A stretch of 64,000 nucleotides of DNA from an uncultured delta proteobacterium (GTDB lineage Bacteria; Desulfobacterota; BSN033; UBA1163): positions 208,355 through 272,354 of the forward strand of contig CAVPSJ010000012.1 in the NCBI GenBank assembly GCA_963708295.1, written 5' to 3'. Both the position numbers and the translations under genes were made by a program. The notes under the pieces are model-generated. The model made no database searches, was not told the DNA's origin, and saw only the letters and a program-made list of their open reading frames with translations. Position 1 is the first letter of the stretch. The number at the start of each line of letters is the position of its first letter. Shown here piece after piece: positions 31,454 through 42,193 of the stretch.

Positions 31454-33413
31454 GTGATCACGCTAATGAACACGAAAGTAATTTATGCTCTTATCGCAGT
31501 TGTCCTGGTGGTCGCAATCTTCTTGGTCTATAAAAAACAAGCCGGGCAGGCAAGAGTTTCCGAGTTTGGCAAATATCAGGGTTATTCCGCAAAGATTTAC
31601 GACGGCTCCAAGCGCGTTTCCGACTACTTGACGCTCTCAGACGGAACGAAATTGGCCTACGACCTCATTCTCCCGACTCAAAAAGACGTTCCGGCCAGAA
31701 GCGCATTACCCGTCCTCTTTTTATACACCCCCTATCTTCGTACGTTCATTATTTTCGACGAAAACGGAAAGAACATCATTTCCGGCCTGTATCGACTGAA
31801 ATGGTATGAAAAGGCTTATCTCCGGGTTCGATACTGGGTTTACGACAGAGGAAATCTAATGGATCCTCTGTTCAGGAAGAAATGGCTTGGAAATATGGTG
31901 AAGTATGGCTATGCCGTGGTTGTCGTGGAACGACCCGGAACGGGCGCATCGTTTGGGAAGCTGAACCCCTCCTTTGAGGTCGTGGCGAGAGAGACCGATG
32001 AGATCCTGAATTGGATCGCAGCCCAGAAATGGTGTGACGGCAACATCGGGATGTATGGCGAATCATGGCAGGGGCAAATCCAGTTCGCCGCTGCCAGCAC
32101 CGGCAACCCGCACCTGAAAGCGATCTTCCCGGCTGCTACCTGGATGGATAACTACAGTGCGATTATGTACTCCGGGCGGTATCTACAATAAAGCCTTTGG
32201 CGAACTTCTTCACCTGGTCACAGAAATTTTTGAGCTCCAATGTCATAACACCCGTAGATCACGATAAGGATGGGACCCTACTGGCCCAGGCGCGTGCAGA
32301 GCGCGAGCAGCGGACAGTTGCGGAAAAAATTGCAGAAGTCTTCCAGGAAGATTCCCGTTCCGAGACAGCCTCAGTCCGGATGGGAATAAAGTCTGGATAG
32401 AGACGATGGCGCTTTATCCCTTTATCGACCGGATCAACCGGTCCGGCATCCCTATTTATATGACGACCGGCTGGTATGACCTCTGCACGCGGGATAATTT
32501 CCTTTTGTATGCCAACCTTACCGTGCCCAAACGTCTGGTCGTCCGCCCCTTGGATCACGAACAGGTTGATGAAAACCAGTTTGACCTCGACTATGCGGCG
32601 GAAGCCCATCGCTGGTTCGATTACTGGCTCAAGGGGATCAAGAACGGCATCATGGACGAACCGCCCATCCACTACTATCTGATGGGCGCGGACAAGAAAA
32701 ATGCATGGAAGGTCACGGATGCATGGCCCCCGAAAAACCAGGAAACTGATACGCTATTACTTCGGGCCGGGAGTAACCGGCGGAACCACCTCCATCAATA
32801 ATGGCACCCTTAGTCCTTCGCCGCCCACAGCCCATCGAGGGCATCCGATACTTACACGGTAGACTATACCACGACCAGCAGCAATCACTCCCGCTGGACG
32901 GCCGTCAATTGGACCCACGATTATCCCAATATGCGTTCCAACGACGCCAAAGCCCTGACCTACACCACTCCGCCGTTGGAGAAAGCCGTCCAGGTCATCG
33001 GACATCCGGTCATGCATGTCTGGTTAAGGAGCGATGCCTCAGATCTGGATATGTTCGCTTACCTGGAAGAGGTTGATGGTAGCGGAAATTCGACGTACAT
33101 CACAGAAGGGAATCTCAGGGCTTCCCATCGATCCCTGGACCAAGCCCCCTACGATAATCTCGGACTGCCTTACCACCATCATTTCAAAAGCGAGTTGGAG
33201 CCGATCCCGGCAGGCCAGCCTGTCGAACTGGTGTTTGACCTCCTGCCGACCGCTTACCTTTTTCGCGAGGGCAATCGTATCCGTATCACGATTACCTTCG
33301 CCGATGCCGACAACTTCGAGACGCCGGTTCTGAACCCGACGCCGAAGCTCCATTTGCTGAGAGACAGGAATCACCCGTCTTCGATCCAACTACCAATTGT
33401 CCAATCACAATGA
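31454..33413 (+). CDS. CocE/NonD (S15) family hydrolase, several frameshifts
   Basis: DGTKLAYD, YTPY, GMYGESWQG nucleophile elbow, GWYD, C-terminal LRASHR/FREGNRIRITI. Confidence 0.88.
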
Positions 33414-33854
33414 AGGAGAAAAAGACATTTGGAGCCCAAACCCATGTCCTCTTGATCCCATTCGTTAGAATTCAGAAGTACCCCAAAATCTCCTCTCCCC
33501 TCGGAGACTGTGTCGCAATGGAACTTCTGAGGGGAGAGGCAGTCGGGTTTCAAAGCTTTAGAACGCGGGTCTTTTAGGTATGGGGAACCATCGTTGGCTC
33601 AAAACCGAATGTCTTCATAGGGTTTGCGACCCTGAATCCAAACGGTTAAAGGTTCCGCCCTAAATCTTTTTCACCCGACCACCTCTCCCCTTTTCCGAAA
33701 AGGCGTATATTCATATTATGACGTAGTCTCTCGCGGGAGAGGACAAGGGAGAGGGAAATTGATTCTTAGGATGATTAGGAGTGCACTCACAAAGCTCAGA
33801 TCAATCAAAAACGGTACACCTTTAATTCTCAAATCACACTTATTCTCTGGCTCC

Positions 33855-33883
33855 TTGACTCAATATCCATATTCCCCTAAACT
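33855..33883 (+). promoter_or_regulatory. Putative sigma70 promoter of uppP
   Basis: TTGACT-N17-TAAACT. Confidence 0.55.
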
Positions 33884-33922
33884 ATTACTAAGAGGGAGGA
33901 ACCAAGAAGAGGGAGGAGACCT

Positions 33923-34714
33923 TTGACGATTTTACAGGCAGTCATACTTGGGTTGGCTCAGGGCCTGGGAGAGTTCTTGCCCATATCGAGTTCAGCACAT
34001 CTGGTCTTGATTCCCTGGCTTCTCAGGTGGACGGATCCGGGACTTACCTTCGATGTCGCCCTGCATGTCGGTACGCTTGTTGCGGTGGTCCTCTATTTCT
34101 GGAGAGACTGGTGCCAACTCATCATAAAAGGTTTCACAGATATCCGAAGCGTAAAAGGTCGATTGTTTTGGTATTTGGTTGCCGCGAGTGTGCCAGGAGC
34201 GATGGTTGGATTCCTGTTAGAAAAAAAAGCCGAAACCATATTCAGATCCCCTATTCTAATCGCCATCATGTTGATAGTGATGGGCATCCTTCTTTACTGG
34301 GCAGATCGTCGAAGCTCTAAGAAGACTGAGATAAACCATATCACTTTTGGAACCAGTCTATTCATTGGGATTTCACAAGCGCTGGCAATCATTCCGGGAG
34401 TTTCCCGTTCGGGTATCACGATGACCACAGGACTTCTGATGGGGCTCAACAGAGATGGAGCAGCCCGGTTTTCATTCTTACTGTCAACTCCGATCATCTT
34501 CGGGGCCGCCATGGTTAAACTGCCGGGCGTTATTTCAAATTCATCTGCGATCACTGTAGACTTTACGATAGGGATGGCGGTCTCGTGTATGACTGGCATA
34601 GCCAGTATTGGCTTCTTGCTTCGATATGTTCAGACTAAGGATTTCTTACCATTCGTCTGGTATCGATTTATATTAGGCGCTGTGGTGATTATGATTACGC
34701 TGGTCCGCTTGTAA
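33923..34714 (+). CDS. uppP: Undecaprenyl-diphosphatase
   Basis: QGLGEFLPISSSAHL, PGVSRSGIT, ARFSFLL. Confidence 0.95.
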   Translation: MTILQAVILGLAQGLGEFLPISSSAHLVLIPWLLRWTDPGLTFDVALHVGTLVAVVLYFWRDWCQLIIKGFTDIRSVKGRLFWYLVAASVPGAMVGFLLEKKAETIFRSPILIAIMLIVMGILLYWADRRSSKKTEINHITFGTSLFIGISQALAIIPGVSRSGITMTTGLLMGLNRDGAARFSFLLSTPIIFGAAMVKLPGVISNSSAITVDFTIGMAVSCMTGIASIGFLLRYVQTKDFLPFVWYRFILGAVVIMITLVRL

Positions 34715-34761
34715 GCACTGCGAGGCGGCCGGCAGATCGCCGAAAAAGGAATGAGCTTTCA

Positions 34762-36115
34762 TCAAATCCCGTATTTCTTCCTGCGGCGCCATAGGGTCGC
34801 CTGATCTATGCCGAGTATATCTGCGGTCTCTTGAAGCGATTTTGTCGTAGCCAACACTCGCCTTATATGTTCCTCTTCGATTTTCTCCAAGGACACCCGA
34901 TCTCCGAGTCTTGCGCCGAAATCACTTGGCAGGAGGCTTTCCGGAAGGCACTCCATGCCAACACGATCGGTCTGGCAGAGAATGGCCGCCCGTTCAACAA
35001 CGTTTCGCAGTTCTCTGAGGTTTCCCGGCCAGTGGTATTGTTTGAGGGCTTGAAGCGCCTCCGGAGTAAAACCGAGAAAGAGATGATGCCTGGCCTGGCC
35101 AAAAAAAGTCAATAACTCTCTCAGCAAGGATCGTCACATCCTCCGCGCGCTCACGCAAAGGGGGAATTTCGATCTGGATTACATTGAGCCGATAAAAGAG
35201 GTCTTCACGAAACTGACCTTCCTTGACTGCTTTATCGAGGTCTCTGTTGGTGCCGGCGATGATGCGGACGTCCGCTTTTCGTGTCGTGTAATCTCCCACC
35301 CTTTCATACTCTCTGTCCTGAAGAAAGCGCAGAAGTTTTGGCTGCAGATTTGCCGGTAAATCGCCGATCTCATCCAGCAAAAGGGTCCCGCCTTCACAGG
35401 TTGCGATGCGTCCGGGATTATCCCGCACAGCACCTGTGAACGCCCCTTTTACATGGCCAAACAATTCACTCTCCAAAAGTTCGGCGGAAAAAGCAGGACA
35501 CGAAACGATACAAATCGGTTTGTTGGCTCGATGGCTCCAGTGATGGATGGCGCGGGCCAGAACCGTTTTACCGGTTCCGCTTTCTCCACGCAAAAGAAGG
35601 GTGGCGTCCGTGGAAGCGACCTGGCGTGAAAGGTTAATCACTCGCTGCATGGCAGCGCTTGTGGTCGAAAAATCCGCCTCGGGGTTTAACCGACCCAAGT
35701 CCTCCTGCAGGGAAGCAACTCTCTGTTCCAATGTCCGCATCTCAAACACCTTGTGGACGGCGAGTCTCACTTGAGCAGGTGTAAAAGGTTTCGGAATATA
35801 GTCAGTTGCCCCGCGCCGCATGGCCTCCACGGCTGTGTCGATGGAAGCGTAGGCGGTTATGATGATAATTTTGAGCCAAGGGGTTTGGGCCAGCAGGGAT
35901 GGGATGAGGTCAAGTCCGTCGGCGGTTCCAAGCCGAAGATCCACAAAAGCCAGGTCGAAAGACCTCCTGGAAGCCTCATGCACCGCGTCCTCGAAATTGC
36001 TGACGGCAACTGCGTGATGACCTTCTGTCTCCAGACAGACGGTAAGCGTTTTCCGTATGTTGAGCTCATCGTCAACGACGAGAATGTTTAACGGATTGCC
36101 CGTCATGTCTATCAT
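34762..36115 (-). CDS. sigma54-dependent response regulator (NtrC/AlgB-like), frameshifted near 35120
   Basis: Receiver, GESGTGKT, ESELFGHVKGAFTGA, WPGNLREL, Fis-type HTH. Confidence 0.93.
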
Positions 36116-36275
36116 CGGTATCCTCATCTTGAGAGTACCAGATCGTTCAAGAGAGTTCAATGCGGACAGGTCCGCCAGGAGAATGGAGCGACACCCGGAA
36201 GGGGTTGGGAAGGAGTATGTCTCCTCTTAAGCGTTTTGGGACCTCCTCAAGACCAGAAAGGTGGAAGGAAGCCGA

Positions 36276-36929
36276 TCACAGCAGCTTCCGGAGGGCTTGT
36301 TCACTCGTTCGCTTGACGAGGGCGAGGACCTTGTCTTCCGGCTGAAATTCCGTCTCCCCGTGGGGAATGATGATCTCTTCTCCCCGGATGACGGCGATGA
36401 AAATTGATGCGGGGGGCATAGATAGATCCTTAATTTTTTTCTTCACAATATGGGAAGAACGGGAGAGTTCCACTTCAACTATTTCCACATCTCCTTCTTT
36501 CAATGTGAGCAAGGGAATCATCATATCTCCGGCGTTGACCTGTTCCTGAATAACGGCATTGATGATCTTCGTTGCGCTCACAGAGGCATCCACTCCAAGG
36601 CCAGCAAAAAGCTCTTCGTTCCGGGGATTGTTAACTCGGGCGATGGTTCGAGGACGGAGAAACATTACTTTGGCAATCTGACAGATCACAAGGTTGTCTT
36701 CGTCATTGCCCGTCGTTGCTACAACCACATCCGCCCGGTTGGCCCCTGCCTCTTTTAAAACTTCGACCGTTGAACCATTTCCTTGCATGATCGCATCGTG
36801 AAACTCCAAAGAAAGGAGTTCTACCTTGGAACGGTCTTCCTCGATCAGCATCACCTCATGCCCTCCGGCCATCAACAAACTTCCGAGATGATATCCGACC
36901 TTTCCAGCGCCCACAATAATGATGTACAT
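36276..36929 (-). CDS. TrkA-family RCK_N + RCK_C protein
   Basis: IIIVGAGKVG, GNDEDNL, IARVNNPRN, RCK_C. Confidence 0.92.
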   Translation of the reverse strand: MYIIIVGAGKVGYHLGSLLMAGGHEVMLIEEDRSKVELLSLEFHDAIMQGNGSTVEVLKEAGANRADVVVATTGNDEDNLVICQIAKVMFLRPRTIARVNNPRNEELFAGLGVDASVSATKIINAVIQEQVNAGDMMIPLLTLKEGDVEIVEVELSRSSHIVKKKIKDLSMPPASIFIAVIRGEEIIIPHGETEFQPEDKVLALVKRTSEQALRKLL

Positions 36930-36940
36930 GACTTCCCCCA

Positions 36941-37342
36941 TTATCTTTCTTGGATCGTTTGTAATAAATCTTTGATAACCAGGTCGGTGGGACAGACCGT
37001 CTCCACGCCCAGCTCCTTGTAGAGTCCTGCCAGAATGGAGTCGTGAACCACGGCAACTACCCTTTCTAACTTGAAATTTCGTTTCACTCTCTGGACAATC
37101 ATCAGATTAACATTATCCTTATCCGTCATAGCGAAAAGGATATCGGCCTCTTCTTGCAGCGTTGGACGCACATACTCTTCCACCAAACCATTGCCCACGA
37201 TCCGCCTACCAGAAAATTTTTCGGAGAGCCTCCGAAAGGCCTGCTGATTTCTGTCGAGAACCACCACCTGATGTCCTGCCTCATCTAAACGGTTCGCCAG
37301 AACCGATCCTACTCTGCCACAACCGATAATCATCACCTTCAT
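36941..37342 (-). CDS. TrkA_N-only (RCK_N) protein
   Basis: MKVMIIGCGRVG, DNVNL, VCPT. Confidence 0.9.
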   Translation of the reverse strand: MKVMIIGCGRVGSVLANRLDEAGHQVVVLDRNQQAFRRLSEKFSGRRIVGNGLVEEYVRPTLQEEADILFAMTDKDNVNLMIVQRVKRNFKLERVVAVVHDSILAGLYKELGVETVCPTDLVIKDLLQTIQER

Positions 37343-37361
37343 CCAACTCCTCCCATTCTGT

Positions 37362-37926
37362 CTACCCAGAGAGTTTGTCCACAATCACTTCACAGGGAGC
37401 TCGACGCAGAACCAGATCAGAATTACGACCCAAGATATCCTGGGCCATCGTGACCTGCGATCGAATTCCCATCACGATCAAATCAGCCTCCCAGTCTTTG
37501 GCCGCCCGGATGATCTCTTCCCCTGCAACCCGTGCCTCGTCTGACCTCCCCTTTTCCCTGAAGTCCTCTCAGGCTGACAATCTCCTCGCCCCGCTTGATG
37601 ACATCCTCTGCCTTAGCCTCTGCCTCAGGCATGGGTGCTTCCAAGGGGAGTGTCCTGGGAACTTCGATCACAGTCACAAGATAGATCTCTGCCTTCTGTT
37701 CTTCCCCCAGTCGACATGCCAGTTCAATTCCCCGCTCGGAATAAAGAGTCCCTGAAGTGGGAACCAAAATCTTCTTGATCGCCCCTACGGCCCTTCTGGC
37801 CTTGGCTGCCGCTTGGGGGATGGCTCTGGGAACATGGAACATCCACCAGAGCAAAATCCCCATGGAGGCTGCAAAGACAAAAGCCAGTAAAGCGCCTAAA
37901 AAGCTGATCTGGATTTCAGATCCCAT
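37362..37926 (-). CDS. Membrane-anchored universal stress protein, frameshifted near 37540
   Basis: N-terminal TM, KILVPTSG, then ADLIVMG...LGRNSDLVLRRAPCEV in the shifted frame. Confidence 0.85.
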
Positions 37927-38146
37927 CTCCCCTGCCTCTCTGCTGAAAGTAACTCCAGATCATCCTGACTCGAAATAGACTGTAAAGCAAAAGGGCAATG
38001 CCGAAAATCAAGGATGGAATGGCCCACCTCACGAAAATGGTTTGCCATAAGATATAAGAACCTAAAACGACCATGAGGCCGGTTGTGACAATTTGAAAAT
38101 AGTCCCGCCACCCTGCTCGCTCAGGTAGTTCCGGTGTTTTTCTCAA
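37916..38146 (-). CDS. Small two-TM hypothetical protein
   Basis: Two hydrophobic helices; overlaps both neighbours; start uncertain. Confidence 0.65.
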   Translation of the reverse strand: MRKTPELPERAGWRDYFQIVTTGLMVVLGSYILWQTIFVRWAIPSLIFGIALLLYSLFRVRMIWSYFQQRGRGDGI

Positions 38147-39722
38147 CTGCCTTCCCCTTCTCCCGTTTATCTCTCTCCGCCAGAGCGATGTTATACTGTT
38201 CGAGCAGGTCAAATTCCTCTGCCGAGGTCAATATCATTTTCTGTTCTTGTTCCCAGTTATGTTTCACGCTTCCCAACAACGGCAAGCCCTTCTTCTTACG
38301 GAACCAGAAATAGTAAATCAAACAGGCCAGAACCCATCCCGGGCCTGCAATCCGCCCGATCTCATGGGTCAGAATCACCTCAAAAAGAATAAAACTGACT
38401 CCGATCATCCCGATAAAACCAAGAATGGGAAGATCCACTGTCTTTCCCTTATGGTTCCACTTGATATTGAGAGGCATCTTGTAGGGCCTCGGGGAGTAGG
38501 GATCAGAAAAGCGAAGCTTGATCATTGAGATGAAGACGAGAAGATACCCACTCGCTGCCCCAAAGGCATACATATTCCCCAGCGTGTCCATGGCGCTGGG
38601 TGTGAGAAAGGCAAGAATCGCTTCAAGCATTCCGATCAGGGAGAAAAATACAATGGTGCGAACTGGAGTTCGATATTTCGGATGGACTTTGTCAAACCAG
38701 GGAGTGATCAGATGGAGTTCGCTCATCGAATAAGTAAGACGGGACGCACCCATAACGCCGGTGTTAGAGGAGATCAGCAGGATCGTCGCCCCAGAATGGC
38801 TGCAAAGGGGCCGGCCAATACACCAAAAATAGGAATCGCATGAGCGAGCTTGGCTACCGGATCTCCCTGCGGAAATTCCTGCCATGGCAGGATGCCGAGG
38901 CCCATCGTAGAAAAGGCCATGGCAAAGATGAAGACGGTAAAGATCAAGGTGATTGAAGTTCGAGGGATGATCGTCGCCGGCCTTCTGGTCTCCTGGGCCG
39001 CCTGGGATATCGATTCCAGCCCGACAAACGAGATGATGGCCAAGGAGGACCCATACATGAATTCCTTCAAGCTTGGAAATTGGGTCTTCCATTGGAAGAC
39101 GAAAAGCTCGGGTTTCCATGCCAGGAGAAAACCGAGGATGATGATCGATGATTCGGTGATGATATCGATCGCACCGATGATTTCATTGAAGAGGGAGGAC
39201 TCCCGGACTCCCCGGATGTTGAGCCAGATCAGAAAGCCAATGAGGATGATGGTCTCGGCCGCCCAGACAGGATTCACTTTCTTGAAGATCCAAAGATCTA
39301 TCGCAAAATATTCTGGAGGGACGCCCAAGAACATAGGGCATAAAAAAGTTCATATAACCCGCCGAGGCCGTGGCAAAAAGGGCGATGTCAATGGTATAGT
39401 CTAACAGAAGAGCCACTCCTGCGGCATAGCCCCAGAAATCTCCTAGCCCCCTGAGGGCATAGTAATGTCCTCCTCCCGCAACTGGGTACGTCGAAGCCAT
39501 CTCCGTATACGAAAGTCCGATCATGATATAGATGAGACCGGCCACGAAGAAGGCAAGACTCGCCCCGCCATGGGCAGCCCCCATGACCAGACCCAGGGCA
39601 GCATAGATGTCCGCCCCGACATCCGCATACCCCCACATGTAGGAGCCCCAGACGGTCACGTCTCTGCGGAGTTCGATTTTCTCAACGGGACAGGATGCTG
39701 GTATCGCTGATTCTTTCTCCAT
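38121..39722 (-). CDS. APC-family permease (probable K+ or amino-acid transporter), two frameshifts
   Basis: ELRR, VGADIY, YPVAGG.Y, FVGLESI, SRLTYSM, HPKYRTP. Confidence 0.9.
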
Positions 39723-39729
39723 GTCTTTT

Positions 39730-39773
39730 CAAAAAAAAAGCCAGGAGGAGATCCCCTAGCTTAGATCTCTTCC
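39730..39773 (-). terminator. Riboswitch-associated intrinsic terminator
   Basis: GGAAGAGATCT-AAGCTAG-GGGATCTCCTCC followed by a T9 tract just before the permease ATG. Confidence 0.7.
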
Positions 39774-39774
39774 C

Positions 39775-39886
39775 TTAGTCGCCTGCGGAGTTAGCTGACG
39801 GGTTAGGATTAAGGGATATCCTTTCCAGGCTTTCTGGAATTCACCCCGAAAAAACGGTTCCCCCGCTTGTCTCAATTCGGCCTTTT
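39775..39886 (-). ncRNA. c-di-AMP (ydaO-yuaA) riboswitch
   Basis: GCCGAAT..AGCGGGGGAACC..GGGGTGAAT..AACCCGTCAGCTAACTCCGCAGGC consensus blocks in order. Confidence 0.92.
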
Positions 39887-39891
39887 CTTAT

Positions 39892-39920
39892 ATTAAATAA
39901 AAAACCTCTCCTCCTGTCAA
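39892..39920 (-). promoter_or_regulatory. sigma70 promoter of the riboswitch leader
   Basis: TTGACA-N17-TTTAAT immediately upstream of the aptamer. Confidence 0.75.
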
Positions 39921-39950
39921 TAAAAAAAGAGAACGCAAATCCTGAGTCTA

Positions 39951-40053
39951 TGAAGCTCCCCGCCCACAGGGCGGGGCTTCCCGGAAAGGAAGTTTCGTTC
40001 ATATTGTGCCCCTTGACCCCGCCTACAAGGCGGGACTTGCGGGGCACGTTCCG
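39951..40053 (-). mobile_element. Non-autonomous IS200/IS605-type palindromic element, copy 2
   Basis: Similar to 15921-16022; follows TTGAC (overlapping the upstream TGA stop) and ends GCGGGGAGCTTCA. Confidence 0.75.
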
Positions 40054-40054
40054 G

Positions 40055-41563
40055 TCAAAAGATATCCGCGGAGAAGATGTAAATCTCTGTATCTTTTTCC
40101 TTCCATGCAGCCGAAGGAAGACCGGCCTTTTGGCAGGTATGCTCGAGAAATGTCTGGCGATCCCATCCATATTCCGTTGCCACTTGAGGTAAAAGAAGAC
40201 CCGAAAGCCATCCTTTCTTGATGTAGATTCCGTGTGTCCCCACCTGAATCTCATTGACATCCTTAATCCTTTGAAGGGGGGTTAAAACGGATATTTCGAT
40301 ATCCAGCTCCGGCAATTCCTTTTCTTTTACGGGACTGAACCGAGGGTCACGAAAAGCGGCTGCTTCGGCCATCTCCTGAATGGTATTGTGCAGCGGCCCG
40401 TGCCCTTCGATATATCCAATGCAACCCCTCAGTTGCCCTCTTTTTTGAAGAGTCACAAAGGCCCCCCGATTCTCCTTAAGAATCGGGGATTCGATCTTAA
40501 ATTCAGGGACGGGCTTTCCTTTCGCCTTATTCTCAATCACCGTTTTGGCAATATGATGGAGGGTTTTCTTCTCCCCCTCGTTCAAACCTAAATCCACGCC
40601 TACTTTCTTGTCTTCTTTCATCTTTTCATTCTCCCCAGCTGCCTTATAAAAAACGGCAGCCCCATATCCCACCACGCGACTTCGATCCCCGGTCACGTCC
40701 CCGGAATTGAGGTACTTGAGTACCTGGCCTTTGTTAGCTCCTAAAGCCTTGGCCGCCAACATAATCGTGACCACCGGGCCTCCTCCGCATGCCTCAACAC
40801 GGTTACTCTTCAGGTCACGATTCAACCCTTCAACGTCAAACCGCTCGACATATTTTAAGAAATTGCGATCCAGTTCAACCGCTATCTTATAAGTGTAAAA
40901 ATGTGACAGATCGGTGCTTGCAACCAGCAAAACCTTCTTCCCTCTTACAGTCTCCGCAATCGCGGAAGCCAAATACTGACAGGTTTCCCACCCCCAGTCG
41001 GGCTCCATGGCGATAGGAACAAGTTTGAATGACTTGAGAGCGGTTTGGAGGAATGGGATTTGGAGTTCGAGAGAGTTTTCCTGGGCATGTGCCTCCGGAA
41101 TGAAACGAATCTCTTTCCGCTTTTCCATCATTTTTTTCGAAAGCTCAGCATCCACGGGGACGACCCCTAAAGGTGTTCGGAATCCTCCCTGCGCCCAGAG
41201 GGATGCACCCTTAAAAGCAAACCGATGGCTGGGCCCGACCACGACAACAGCGTCGAAGGCCATTCCCTCCACCAGTTTATAGGCATAAGCTGCCACTTGG
41301 CCTGAGTACACATATCCTGCGTGGGGTGAGACCAGAGCGATGACCCGGCCCTCCACCCTCTCTTTCTTCGCATTCTCAAGATAACGCTTCACATCCCGAG
41401 AAAGAATCTCCGGGTTTCCGGGATACCAAGATCCTGCCAAAGCAGGCTCCCTGATCTCTTTTATTCCCATCTCCTTCCCTCCCTTCGTGATCTGGGCCAT
41501 GGCTATTGCCCCACCGAGGAGAAAAAAACTAATGAAGAAAATGAGGGAAATACACCTTCTCAC
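40055..41563 (-). CDS. AmmeMemoRadiSam protein B (MEMO1) and protein A (AMMECR1) fusion
   Basis: AGSWYP, PHAGYVYSG, STDLSH, VVGY; then GAFVTL..LRGCIG, LLLPQVATE. Confidence 0.93.
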   Translation of the reverse strand: MRRCISLIFFISFFLLGGAIAMAQITKGGKEMGIKEIREPALAGSWYPGNPEILSRDVKRYLENAKKERVEGRVIALVSPHAGYVYSGQVAAYAYKLVEGMAFDAVVVVGPSHRFAFKGASLWAQGGFRTPLGVVPVDAELSKKMMEKRKEIRFIPEAHAQENSLELQIPFLQTALKSFKLVPIAMEPDWGWETCQYLASAIAETVRGKKVLLVASTDLSHFYTYKIAVELDRNFLKYVERFDVEGLNRDLKSNRVEACGGGPVVTIMLAAKALGANKGQVLKYLNSGDVTGDRSRVVGYGAAVFYKAAGENEKMKEDKKVGVDLGLNEGEKKTLHHIAKTVIENKAKGKPVPEFKIESPILKENRGAFVTLQKRGQLRGCIGYIEGHGPLHNTIQEMAEAAAFRDPRFSPVKEKELPELDIEISVLTPLQRIKDVNEIQVGTHGIYIKKGWLSGLLLPQVATEYGWDRQTFLEHTCQKAGLPSAAWKEKDTEIYIFSADIF

Positions 41564-41574
41564 GATTCCTCACC

Positions 41575-42021
41575 CTATCCTTGTCTGCTATCCAATAAAA
41601 GCGTGACCGGTCCGTCGTTGACGAGATGAACCTCCATCTTGGCTTGAAATTCACCGGTCTCAACAGAAACGTCCTGTCCTCTTAATTTGAAAATGAATTG
41701 TTCATAGAGAGGCTTCGCAGCGGTCGGTTCTTCTGCTTCCGTGAAAGAAGGCCTTCTCCCTCTCCGGCAATCGCCGTAGAGGGTGAACTGGGATACAACC
41801 AAAATCTGTCCGCCTATTTCTTTCAACGATAGATTGAATTTTCCGGAGGCATCTTCGAAGATTCTCAGTCCAGGTATCTTTGAGGTTAAAAAAGAGAGAT
41901 CGCTCTCACCGTCTCCCTTCCCTACACCGAGGAACACCAGAAGGCCCTTTCCAATCTTCCCAGAGACCTGGCCATCCACGCTGACCTGGGCAGACTTAAC
42001 CCTCTGAATGACAGCCCTCAT
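41575..42021 (-). CDS. dtd: D-aminoacyl-tRNA deacylase
   Basis: [20 protein letters not shown]. Confidence 0.96.
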   Translation of the reverse strand: MRAVIQRVKSAQVSVDGQVSGKIGKGLLVFLGVGKGDGESDLSFLTSKIPGLRIFEDASGKFNLSLKEIGGQILVVSQFTLYGDCRRGRRPSFTEAEEPTAAKPLYEQFIFKLRGQDVSVETGEFQAKMEVHLVNDGPVTLLLDSRQG

Positions 42022-42024
42022 AAA

Positions 42025-42190
42025 AACCTAAAATTCGAAATCCGAATATCGGGCGAAGCGTCAGTCTCGGACTAATCTGAAATAAATCCAAAGTTTCATA
42101 TGACTAAATATGAATCCATTATCTTATACTTGCAATTTAGCAATTTGAAATTGTTTCGAATTTCGGATTTCGTGCTTCGGGTTTCTTTTC
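42025..42190. repeat. Inverted heptamer array (AATTCGA/TCGAATT-like)
   Basis: aaattcgaaatccgaatatcg ... tttcgaatttcggatttcgtgcttcg; related array at 59270-59432. Confidence 0.6.
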
Positions 42191-42193
42191 AAA

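Noticed and set aside
33490-33640. Degenerate MITE (ACTGTGTCGCAA / TTGCGAC)
   Set aside because: Right end is too eroded and it is single-copy in the window
950-39722. Numerous frameshifts read as programmed frameshifting or mass pseudogenisation
   Set aside because: Scattered single-base indels with otherwise conserved proteins and almost no nonsense codons fit long-read or low-coverage error better; raw reads are needed to be sure
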